From Bacteroidales bacterium (GTDB taxonomy: Bacteria; Bacteroidota; Bacteroidia; Bacteroidales; VadinHA17): 64,000 bases of DNA. Shown piece after piece: positions 56,214-64,000 of the stretch; position 1 is the first letter of the stretch, and the number at the start of each line of letters is the position of its first letter. The translations under genes and the position numbers were made by a program. The notes beneath the pieces were generated by a model. The model ran no database searches. It saw only the letters and a list, made by a program, of their open reading frames with translations, and had not been told where the DNA came from. The stretch lies in assembly GCA_049294275.1 (NCBI GenBank), contig JBAQCQ010000076.1, positions 3,066 to 67,065 of the forward strand, written 5' to 3'.

Positions 56214-58956
56214 CCATCTTCTTCATGTCCTTGACAGTAAGTTGATTAAGTATGCCGGTAAAATTCCTGTCGTCATTGTTGTCAATCCCGTAGAGATAAT
56301 AACTTGTTACCGTGCCTGCCCAGTAACTGTTATGCTGTTTCTCCTCCTCGCGGGTTTTGAGCATGTTACTGACTGCCTTTTCAAGATTTACCTGTGAGGG
56401 CCCATTGGAGGCTATTTCATGCAGTTCGCGATAGATTATCCTTTTCAGCTCTGAAGCTCTGGCAGGGTCACATTCAAAGGTTATCATGAGGTCAGCCTTT
56501 TCAACCGGTCTCTTATAAGAGGTGGCGCCGGTATTGACAGTGTATGTCCCTCCCTCATCCTCACGTACCTTCTCAGTGTAAACAAGATCGAGGATAGCAG
56601 CCAGGACATCCATCTTCAGATTGTTGGAGGGGTTGAACTTAAGGCCGGCTGAATAATTCAGGAATACTCTTGCCTTCGGAACAGTGAGAGGCACAGGTAT
56701 CTCTTTCCGGACAGTGCCGTCAGGTTGTTTTTCCCCGGTGTTCCTCCAGGTCTCCTGTTGATACTTCGAGGGAAGTGAGCCGATATATTTTTTTGCGATT
56801 TTGAGCGCTTCCGATTCTTCGACGTTGCCGGTAATAATGAAGGTAAATGCCGAGGCATCATCAAAGGCAGTTGCATATATATGATTTACATCTTCATAGC
56901 TGATCAGTTTCATCGATTCAGGGGTCATGATAAAGGTGCGGGGATGGTACCCGGCCAAATTCATCTGGAGACTGTCTGAAATGATCTTGTTGGGATTCTT
57001 CTGCATGGCTGCTATCACGGCATTGTAACGTCCGATAATTGCATCATAGGCTTCCCGGTTATAGTTTGGCCTTGCAAAACGGAGGAACAGCAGCTGCATC
57101 ATGGTTTCAAAGTCCTTTGGTGTTGAGGAGCCGGATATGGTCTGCATTGTCTCCTGCAGCCCAAGGGAGACGGAGGCCTTTTTACCTGCCAGCATCTTGG
57201 TCAGTGCTACGTTGTCATATTCACCCGCGCCGTACATTGAGATCACCAGGGGGAATAGCGTGAGTGACGGAACGAGCGAGTCAGGATACACCGATGAACC
57301 TCCGAAGGCAAGCCCCGTAATAGTCACATTGTCCTTTTCAAAATCCGCATGCCTGAATACCACTTTCGCCCCGTTTGAAAGAGTCCACTCGGTTGCGCCA
57401 AACTGTGGCAGTGGAACACTCTTTACCAGGCTGGCTCCGGGGAGTGTTTCGTTAACAAGATCAGCCCCGCCTGTGATATCTTCATAAGGATTAACATCAT
57501 CAGTTTTTACCTTACTGACAAGGGCCAGTGCCACTGGTTCGGAAAGATGATCCCTGGCATCCGGCCCCTGGATTACGATGAAACTGTTGTCTTTGGAAAC
57601 GAGGCCCTTAAGCCTCTCTGTCACCTCTGCAAGGGTAATGGACGGAAGGATTTGTTTGTAATAGTCATATTGAAGGTCCATGGAAGGGACCGGTTCACCG
57701 GTAAGAAAATGATCAGTGATCTGAGATGCCCAGCTGTCATTGCTGATCTTGTCCTTTTGCTTGTACCTGTTTTCGAAATTGGCAAGCATTGTTGCTTTTG
57801 CCCTCTCAAGTTCTCCCTTTGTGAAGCCGTACCTCTTCACTCTTTCGAGCTCAGTCAGGGCTGCTTCAAAGGCCTTGCTCTCTTCGTCATCGCGTACCGA
57901 TGCAGACAGGGTCAGGGCATTGTAGTTCCTTGCGAGGAATGAGCCGTAGCTGAGTGATCCGTTGATGAACGGGGGAGTCCCTTTCTGTACGATCTCGCTG
58001 AACCGGCTGCTCATCATCCTGTTCATCAGCGCTATAACATAACCGTCACGGATATAGTCCAAATCCCTGGGAACGGTGTCAGGCCTGGTGTCCAGCATTA
58101 TAAGGCTCACTGAAGTTTGTGAAGCCTCAGGATCAGTGATCAGCAGGTACCGCGTTCCGGTTTTTGGAACCAGCCGGGTCACGGGTCGGGGTATAGGGTT
58201 TTTGACTGCCGGTATTGCTGAAAAGATCTCTTTGATCTTTCTTTCAACAGCATCAACGTCAACATCACCTACCACTGCTATCGCCTGAAGATCAGTTCGG
58301 TACCAGTCGTGGTAAAATTCACGCAGCGTTTCCGGGGAGAAGTTTTTAATAACTGAGGTGTCACCGATTATATCTCTGACAGCGTACTGTGATCCTTCAA
58401 AAATCACGGGAAGCATCTTTGTCAGCATCCTCCATGAGGCATCGCGCCTTGTTCTCCACTCTTCGATGATCACGCCCCTCTCTTTGTTGATCTCATCTTC
58501 CGAAAGGGTCAGGAAGTCAGACCAGTCGGCGAGGATCATCAGGCAGGTGTCAATCAGCCCGGGTTTTTCAACGGGTACATCGCTGAGGTTGTAGATGGTC
58601 TCGTCGAAATTTGTACCGGCGTTTATATTCCGGCCAAAGGCCACGCCATGGCGCTCGAGGGTGTTAAGAATGCCTCTGTCAGGGAAGTGCTTCGTCCCGT
58701 TGAAGGCCATATGCTCAAGAAAATGAGCCAGTCCGTTCTGGTTGTCTTTTTCAAGAATGGATCCCACATTCTGAATGAGATAGTAACTGGCCCTTCCGGC
58801 AGGCTCGGTGTTGTGCCTGATGTAGTAAGTCAGGCCGTTATCAAGTCTTCCCAGACGGTAAGCGGGATCATGCGGAACGGTTTTGTCAGTTTGGGTCTGT
58901 GCCGCTGAGACGAGTGTTGCGGCAACCAGCAATGAGAAAAGGAGAAGTCTTTTCAT
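56152..58956 (-). CDS. M16-family zinc metallopeptidase (two-unit insulinase/PqqL-like)
   Basis: 934 aa, signal peptide, GLAHFLEHMAFNGT (HxxEH inverted zincin motif), NAGTNFDET. Confidence 0.88.
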   Translation of the reverse strand: MKRLLLFSLLVAATLVSAAQTQTDKTVPHDPAYRLGRLDNGLTYYIRHNTEPAGRASYYLIQNVGSILEKDNQNGLAHFLEHMAFNGTKHFPDRGILNTLERHGVAFGRNINAGTNFDETIYNLSDVPVEKPGLIDTCLMILADWSDFLTLSEDEINKERGVIIEEWRTRRDASWRMLTKMLPVIFEGSQYAVRDIIGDTSVIKNFSPETLREFYHDWYRTDLQAIAVVGDVDVDAVERKIKEIFSAIPAVKNPIPRPVTRLVPKTGTRYLLITDPEASQTSVSLIMLDTRPDTVPRDLDYIRDGYVIALMNRMMSSRFSEIVQKGTPPFINGSLSYGSFLARNYNALTLSASVRDDEESKAFEAALTELERVKRYGFTKGELERAKATMLANFENRYKQKDKISNDSWASQITDHFLTGEPVPSMDLQYDYYKQILPSITLAEVTERLKGLVSKDNSFIVIQGPDARDHLSEPVALALVSKVKTDDVNPYEDITGGADLVNETLPGASLVKSVPLPQFGATEWTLSNGAKVVFRHADFEKDNVTITGLAFGGSSVYPDSLVPSLTLFPLVISMYGAGEYDNVALTKMLAGKKASVSLGLQETMQTISGSSTPKDFETMMQLLFLRFARPNYNREAYDAIIGRYNAVIAAMQKNPNKIISDSLQMNLAGYHPRTFIMTPESMKLISYEDVNHIYATAFDDASAFTFIITGNVEESEALKIAKKYIGSLPSKYQQETWRNTGEKQPDGTVRKEIPVPLTVPKARVFLNYSAGLKFNPSNNLKMDVLAAILDLVYTEKVREDEGGTYTVNTGATSYKRPVEKADLMITFECDPARASELKRIIYRELHEIASNGPSQVNLEKAVSNMLKTREEEKQHNSYWAGTVTSYYLYGIDNNDDRNFTGILNQLTVKDMKKMVKKYLARADLLEMVFVPEKK

Positions 58957-59069
58957 GATTACACTTTTTATTAGTATTCAGAGACATTGACTTGACTTAT
59001 TACGATCAAAATTAGAAAAAAAAAGCATCACGACGGATGGTTTTCATGGTTTATTTGCCTTAAGAATAT

Positions 59070-59684
59070 TCAGAACAGTCCGTGTAGCTCGGCGTTGATT
59101 TTGTCGATCACTTCACTGAGATGTTCCTTGTTTTCAGGGAAGTCATAATAATCGGCCTCCAGAATGAGCAGCCTGCCCAGTTTGTATGATTCTATCCAGG
59201 CCTCATAACGTTCGTTCAGCCTCTTGAGATAGTCAAGCCTGATAGAACTTTCATATTCACGTCCTCGTTTCTGGATCTGGCTTACCAGTGTAGGCACTGA
59301 GGCCCTGAGGTAGAGAAGGAGGTCAGGCGGCTCCACCAACGAGCTCATCAGTTTAAAGAGAGTGAAGTAGTTTTCAAAGTCACGTGTAGACATCAGCCCC
59401 ATTGAGTGAAGGTTGGGTGCGAAAATATATGCGTCTTCGTAGATTGTGCGGTCCTGGACTATGGTATTCTTTGCCTTTTTGATTTCAAGGATCTGGCTGA
59501 AGCGGGAGTTAAGGAAGTAAATCTGAAGGTTGAATGACCACCGCTGCATGTCCTCATAGAAGTCATTGAGGTAAGGATTGTCGTCAACATCCTCATAATG
59601 AGCCTGCCAGCCGTAGTGTTTAGAGAGCAGCCCGGCCAGAGTTGTCTTGCCTGAACCGATGTTGCCTGCTATTGCTATATGCAT
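59070..59684 (-). CDS. Deoxynucleoside kinase
   Basis: IAIAGNIGSGKTTL P-loop, QDRTIYED and LRASVPTL... are a dNK-family pattern. Confidence 0.85.
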   Translation of the reverse strand: MHIAIAGNIGSGKTTLAGLLSKHYGWQAHYEDVDDNPYLNDFYEDMQRWSFNLQIYFLNSRFSQILEIKKAKNTIVQDRTIYEDAYIFAPNLHSMGLMSTRDFENYFTLFKLMSSLVEPPDLLLYLRASVPTLVSQIQKRGREYESSIRLDYLKRLNERYEAWIESYKLGRLLILEADYYDFPENKEHLSEVIDKINAELHGLF

Positions 59685-59759
59685 AGAAATGACGGTTAAA
59701 ATCTGAGTTTAAATATATGAAAAAGGGAGGGAGATGTTCTGTCTGTTGATAAAAAGATT

Positions 59760-61274
59760 TCAGTTGCCGGCGGTTTTCAGAACACTCTCAACATACTCCC
59801 GGTTGTTCGACAGTCTTGGCATTTTATTCTGCCCTCCGAGCTTGTCTCGCTCTCTGAACCATTTATAAAAGGTACCGGATGGCACGAACCGCACAATTGG
59901 TCTCCCAAGGGTCAGATCCTTGTATCTTTTGGCCTCATAGTCAGAGTTAAGCGCCTTGAGTTCGTCATCGAGCAGATCAATAAAACGGTCCGTATCATCC
60001 GGTTTCTTTTCAAATTCAATCACCCATTCATGTGAGCCCCGGGTGTCATCACCCATGTAAACCGGACCTGCCGTATATTCGTTTATATGAGCACCGGTAC
60101 CCAGGCAGGCCTTCTCAAGGGCCTTTTCGGCATTGTCAATGATGACCTCCTCGCCGAAGGCATTGATGAAGTGTTTGGTACGGCCTGTTATTTTTATCTT
60201 GTGCGGGAAGAGACTGGTGAATTCAACCGTATCACCGATAGTGTATCTCCAGAGGCCGCCGTCGGTTGAGATGACGACGGCATAATTCACCCCTTTCTCA
60301 ACCTCTCCTATGGTGTATGTCCGGGGGTTGTCTGATCCTGTAGCCTCCGCCGGAATGAATTCGTAATAAACGCCATAATCGAGCATCAGCAGCATGGAGC
60401 TGTCAGTAAGGTCATCCTGTATTGCGAAGAACCCTTCGGAGGCATTGTATGTCTCCATGTAATTCATCCTGCTGTCAGGAAGGAGCCTCTGGTACTGTTT
60501 ACGGTAAGGGGCAAAGCTGATGCCGCCGTGGAAGAAGACCTCAAGGTTTGGCCACACCTGGTGGAGGTTCTCCTTTCCTGTTGTTTTCAGGATATGCCGG
60601 ATCAGGACCAGGTACCATGAGGGTACCCCGGAGAGGCTGGTGATATTCATATCAACAGTCTTTTTGGTGATCATTTTCATCTTCTCCTCGAAATCGCTGA
60701 TCAGAGCTATATGGGCAGGCGGAGTACGAATCAGGTCGGAATAGCCGGGGGCATTTTCAATTAAAATGGCCGAGAGATCGCCGAAAATTGAGTTGTTGCC
60801 GAAGTTGCTGATCTGGCTGCTTCCTCCCAGTGTCAGTCCTTTTCCGAGAAATATTTTTGTTGCAGGATTTATCGAGGTATACAGCACCAGGCAGTCCTTC
60901 GCACCGCGGAAATGAGTCCCCTCGAGTGATTCCCTGGTAATAGGGATAAATTTGCTTTTTGTGCTTGTGGTTCCTGATGATTTGGCAAACCACCTGATTT
61001 CACCGGGCCACAACAGGTCTTTTTCTCCGGTTCTCATTCTCCCCACGAATGGAATCAGCTCCTCGTAAGTCTGTATGTGGACATTCTCGCAAAACTGGCG
61101 GTGATTTGCAACTGATGCGTATCCGTGTTCCTTTCCCCAGGTGGTCTCCCTGCTTCGGGCAAGAAGCCTGGTAAGCACCTCTTCCTGGCTCTCTGCAGGA
61201 TATTTCCTGAAAAGATCAATCTCGGAGAGTCTTTTTTTTGTTATCCACTTTATGACCGAGGGAGTGAAAGGCAT
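59760..61274 (-). CDS. GH3 auxin-responsive-promoter family protein (bacterial acyl-acid amido synthetase-like)
   Basis: 504 aa. FAKSSGTTSTKSKFIPIT (AMP-forming motif), YNASEGFF and NAFGEE are typical of bacterial GH3/JAR1-like proteins. Confidence 0.75.
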   Translation of the reverse strand: MPFTPSVIKWITKKRLSEIDLFRKYPAESQEEVLTRLLARSRETTWGKEHGYASVANHRQFCENVHIQTYEELIPFVGRMRTGEKDLLWPGEIRWFAKSSGTTSTKSKFIPITRESLEGTHFRGAKDCLVLYTSINPATKIFLGKGLTLGGSSQISNFGNNSIFGDLSAILIENAPGYSDLIRTPPAHIALISDFEEKMKMITKKTVDMNITSLSGVPSWYLVLIRHILKTTGKENLHQVWPNLEVFFHGGISFAPYRKQYQRLLPDSRMNYMETYNASEGFFAIQDDLTDSSMLLMLDYGVYYEFIPAEATGSDNPRTYTIGEVEKGVNYAVVISTDGGLWRYTIGDTVEFTSLFPHKIKITGRTKHFINAFGEEVIIDNAEKALEKACLGTGAHINEYTAGPVYMGDDTRGSHEWVIEFEKKPDDTDRFIDLLDDELKALNSDYEAKRYKDLTLGRPIVRFVPSGTFYKWFRERDKLGGQNKMPRLSNNREYVESVLKTAGN

Positions 61275-61316
61275 TGATCGTACTTTGGGCCAAAGATAGT
61301 CAAAGCCCGTTTCAAT

Positions 61317-62126
61317 TCATCTGAAAATATCCTTCAGGACCTGCAGCGACCTTATCTGTCTTATTCCCGTAAGGTGAAGGTTATAGTACTTGAGTAGCAG
61401 GCCGAGCAGCTCTGTCCGCTCGTCGCCGGACAGCTGCAATGAGGCAATCTTTTCAGAGGGCATCTGCAACAGGCTGTTCAGAAGGGCAGAGTTGCGGACA
61501 TCGAGAAAGTCGGGGTGCATTGGCTGCAACGCCGTGAACTGACCCGTGAGCATGTCAAAGTAGCAATCGTGCAGCCCGGTGTGTGAAGGTCCGATACCGG
61601 CATAGGCCGTGAAAGCCACAAGGAACCAGAGGTGGAGGTTGCTTATCCCGGCAGTGATTGAGTCAAGGGTTATCACCGATGATTCGATGAAGTCATAAAG
61701 CATCCTGTTTGCATCTTCCTCCCTGATGACATTGTAAAGGATCTCACTTATGAACAGCGCCACAGAGGTCCGGTGAATATCCCCGGGGATGGCTTTGGGG
61801 ATGAAGGCAAGACTCATCTCCTTCAGGTTGTGGATATCCCTGTTCTCATAATGATACAGTTCGAGGTTGAAGATGTTCAGGGGCTGGAAATAGCTGAACC
61901 TGGAACCCTTCTTCCGTGAAGAGATTCCTTTAACCATTACCGACAGCTTCCCGTATTCCTGCGTGTAGAAATGCGCGATCAGGGAGTTGTCTGAATACCT
62001 GACATTGTGGATCAGTATGGCCTTGGTCTTTACAAGCATCTGCTGCGGTACATTTCCAAATGTATTAAAGTTTACTGACAGCCGGCTCAAAAAGTGCATG
62101 GTTAAATTAGTATCTTTATCAATCAA
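61317..62126 (-). CDS. recO: DNA repair protein RecO
   Basis: LVKTKAILIHNVRYSDNSLIAHFYTQEYGKLSVMVKG is an OB-fold N-terminus. The likely true start is MLVKT at 62039; the ORF is open to 62126. Confidence 0.7.
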   Translation of the reverse strand: MIDKDTNLTMHFLSRLSVNFNTFGNVPQQMLVKTKAILIHNVRYSDNSLIAHFYTQEYGKLSVMVKGISSRKKGSRFSYFQPLNIFNLELYHYENRDIHNLKEMSLAFIPKAIPGDIHRTSVALFISEILYNVIREEDANRMLYDFIESSVITLDSITAGISNLHLWFLVAFTAYAGIGPSHTGLHDCYFDMLTGQFTALQPMHPDFLDVRNSALLNSLLQMPSEKIASLQLSGDERTELLGLLLKYYNLHLTGIRQIRSLQVLKDIFR

Positions 62127-62135
62127 TTTTTTTGG

Positions 62136-63530
62136 ATGGATTCAAGATCAAAGGATCAGCTTCTTAAGCGCATCGCGCGACTTGCCCGGCAGAACAAGGA
62201 GCTCGAGGAGCAGGTTAAGAAACTTGAGCGGGAGAAGGGAAAGATCCTGGAAATGAATGAAAGATACAGGCTCCTGGTTGAAAGGAATGAGCTTCCTGGG
62301 GCCAGGCCGGCCGAGGAGGAGAAGTCGTTCAGGTATAACATGGTCACGGTCCTCTTTGCCGACATCCATGGTTTTTCCAGGCTTGTTGAGGATATGGACT
62401 CTGCCCGGGTGATGGATGAGCTCGATGAGATCTTTTTCGAGTTTGACAGGATAATCGGGAAGTATCATGTTGAGAAGATCAGGACCATCGGCGACACGCT
62501 GATGTGTGCCGGCGGCATACCGTCAAAGAACATTACCAATCCGGTCGAGGTCGTCATGGCTGCCGTTGAGCTGCGGCATTTCATGAAGGAATATGAGGCC
62601 AGGAAGAGGGCTGATGAGAGGATATGGAACCTTAAGGTGGGTATTCACACAGGCCCGGTCACTGCTTCGGTTTCAGGGAAGAGCAAGTTTTCATATGACA
62701 TCAAGGGGCGTGCAGTCAACACTGCCAGCCGCATTGAGACTGTCTCGGATAAAGGGTCAATATTGATCTCGGTAATGACCTTTGAGCTTGTGAAGGAGTT
62801 CTTCGCCTGCGAGTATTTCGGGAAACTTCCTGTCAAATACACGGGCAGCATCCAGATGTACCAGGTAAAGGGTCTGTTGCCGACATTGTCGGTCGGAGGG
62901 CTGGGAGTTCAGCCTAATGATGCGTTCAGGATTAAGTTTGGGCTTATACAGTTTACAGACATTCAGGAAGTTATCCTTGACAAGCTTGAGAAGGAGCTGC
63001 CGGAGTTTCTCTTCTATCACAATGTAAAGCACACCGTTGATGTTGTTACGGAGGTGGAGCTGATAGGATGGGCTGAAGGGTGCAACGATGAAGAGATACT
63101 TTTGCTGAAGACTGCCGCACTCTTCCATGATGCCGGGCATATTGTCTCCTATGATGAACATGAGTACCAGGGTACGCTGATGGCCCGTGAGATGCTGCCC
63201 GGGTACGGATATACCAACGGGCAGATTGACCGTATATGCAGGATTATCATGTCGACCAGGCTGCCGCCAAAGCCTGCCGACCTTCTGGAACAGATCATAT
63301 GTGATTCCGACCTCGATTACCTGGGAAGAAGCGATTTCATCCCCGTTTCAAATACTCTTTTTGAGGAGCTGAAGGCTCAGAATAAGATCACGAAACTTAA
63401 TGACTGGAACAGGATGCAGGTGAAATTCATCTCCGGTCACCAGTATTTCACGGCCACTGCCCGCAGTCTCAGGGAGGTAAACAAGAAGCTTCAGATTGAG
63501 CGCATTCAGAGCCTCATTACTGCAGACTGA
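62136..63530 (+). CDS. Coiled-coil plus class III adenylate/guanylate cyclase plus HD-domain fusion protein
   Basis: VTVLFADIHGFS, IRTIGDTLMCAGG and GRAVNTASRIE (cyclase metal, transition-state residues). C-terminal HNVKHT...ALFHDAGH (HD motif). Confidence 0.8.
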   Translation: MDSRSKDQLLKRIARLARQNKELEEQVKKLEREKGKILEMNERYRLLVERNELPGARPAEEEKSFRYNMVTVLFADIHGFSRLVEDMDSARVMDELDEIFFEFDRIIGKYHVEKIRTIGDTLMCAGGIPSKNITNPVEVVMAAVELRHFMKEYEARKRADERIWNLKVGIHTGPVTASVSGKSKFSYDIKGRAVNTASRIETVSDKGSILISVMTFELVKEFFACEYFGKLPVKYTGSIQMYQVKGLLPTLSVGGLGVQPNDAFRIKFGLIQFTDIQEVILDKLEKELPEFLFYHNVKHTVDVVTEVELIGWAEGCNDEEILLLKTAALFHDAGHIVSYDEHEYQGTLMAREMLPGYGYTNGQIDRICRIIMSTRLPPKPADLLEQIICDSDLDYLGRSDFIPVSNTLFEELKAQNKITKLNDWNRMQVKFISGHQYFTATARSLREVNKKLQIERIQSLITAD

Positions 63531-64000
63531 TCACCTTATCACCAGCATCTTGATTACTTTGGCATGGGAGCCATCTTCACTCTTGCAGAAGACCAGGTAA
63601 ACGCCCGTTCCAACCCTTGCTGACCTGTAGTTACGCAGGTCCCATGTCACCTGTCCTCCGAGCGAGGTGGTCTCATAAACCAGGTTGCCGCTGACATCGG
63701 TGATTTTTACGTTTGAATTTTCGACCAGGCCGGTGATGGTCACCACCCCTTCATAATCCTCCCTGACAGGGTTCGGGAAGACATATACTCCGGAATAATC
63801 CTCCTTTCCGGCGGTGGCGTCACCGCGGAAAGATACTATCCCTTCCGAGGTGCCGAACCATACCTCGCCGTTGACACCGTTTACAGCTATCTTCACAATA
63901 TTGTCGGAGAGGATGGGGCTGTTCGTGCTGTTGAAGTGAATCAGCTGCTCACTGCCGTCGTCTGACATCAGGTACGCACCGGAGCTCATGGTTCCGAACC
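63531..64000 (-). CDS. T9SS type-A C-terminal-sorting-domain protein with Reg_prop-like beta-propeller repeats (5' end outside the window)
   Basis: The frame is open to the window edge. VWFGTSEGIVSF is propeller-like. The C-terminal VYVFPNPV...VKITDVSGNLVYE...GVYLV...KVIKMLVIR is the Por/T9SS CTD pattern. Confidence 0.75.
   Translation of the reverse strand, partial: FGTMSSGAYLMSDDGSEQLIHFNSTNSPILSDNIVKIAVNGVNGEVWFGTSEGIVSFRGDATAGKEDYSGVYVFPNPVREDYEGVVTITGLVENSNVKITDVSGNLVYETTSLGGQVTWDLRNYRSARVGTGVYLVFCKSEDGSHAKVIKMLVIR

Noticed and set aside
59020-59069. A9/T9 tract (59026-59034) with a 4-bp stem downstream of the dNK gene, considered as a terminator.
   Set aside because: The stem (CATC/GATG) is too weak to call. 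It may still help termination, but that is not supportable from sequence alone.
1-64000. Search for rRNA, tRNA, CRISPR arrays, transposases, integrases, phage genes, and toxin-antitoxin or restriction-type defence cassettes.
   Set aside because: No cloverleaf-like or rRNA-like segments were seen in the intergenic regions, which are all under 400 bp except the decayed loci. No regularly spaced direct repeats and no DDE, tyrosine or serine recombinase motifs appear in any frame I read. The only toxin-like element is the truncated Fic remnant.

Overview
The window looks like a Bacteroidota chromosomal segment. It has a SusC/SusD pair, T9SS type-A and type-B C-terminal sorting domains, TAnnTTTG-like promoter boxes, and the GH3-family/recO/dNK housekeeping trio. 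All family calls come from motifs read by eye; no searches were run.

Gene content in order:
- 1-6.3 kb: a glycoside-metabolism island that looks lower in GC (GH130, GT4, GH100-like, GT4, PIG-L deacetylase, GH130-like).
- 6.3-7.1 kb: a decayed copper locus, with a copA 3' remnant and a Met-rich CxxCH lipoprotein carrying a lost start and an in-frame TGA.
- 7.1-13.0 kb: a giant alpha-2-macroglobulin-like protein of about 1950 aa with an embedded CarboxypepD_reg plus TonB-plug module.
- 13.2-14.2 kb: a Fic remnant.
- 14.2-17.2 kb: a CPA2 antiporter, a DUF1905/YdeI gene split by TAA, and a Dabb protein.
- 17.2-21.1 kb: a decayed cupredoxin next to an exported five-gene cluster (three-module and one-module PSCyt1-like cytochrome c lipoproteins, a DUF5777-like beta-barrel, YceI, an OB-fold anchor).
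- 21.1-27.7 kb: a HAD hydrolase, then a minimal SusC/SusD/lipoprotein locus.
- 28.1-30.6 kb: a T9SS type-B adhesin.
- 30.6-39.8 kb: gdhA bracketed by two paralogous receiver-like plus PEP/pyruvate-binding (ATP-grasp) giants. One of them carries four tandem sensor modules.
- 39.9-42.7 kb: a three-gene lipid operon (acyltransferase, CDP-alcohol phosphatidyltransferase, GNAT-like).
- 42.8-64 kb: GH20, GH30, a frameshifted lipid kinase, TauE, a second CDP-alcohol transferase, nhaA, a 2H phosphoesterase, GH106-like, GH28, a split alpha/beta hydrolase, an M16 peptidase, dNK, a GH3-family protein, recO, a cyclase-HD fusion and a partial T9SS protein.

I found no rRNA, tRNA, CRISPR array, transposase or integrase.

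Most interesting observations:
- the gdhA-flanking receiver/ATP-grasp paralogs
- the exported cytochrome/beta-barrel/YceI cluster
- the A2M-plug chimera
- a high load of nonsense and frameshift-disrupted genes, many of them copper or redox related
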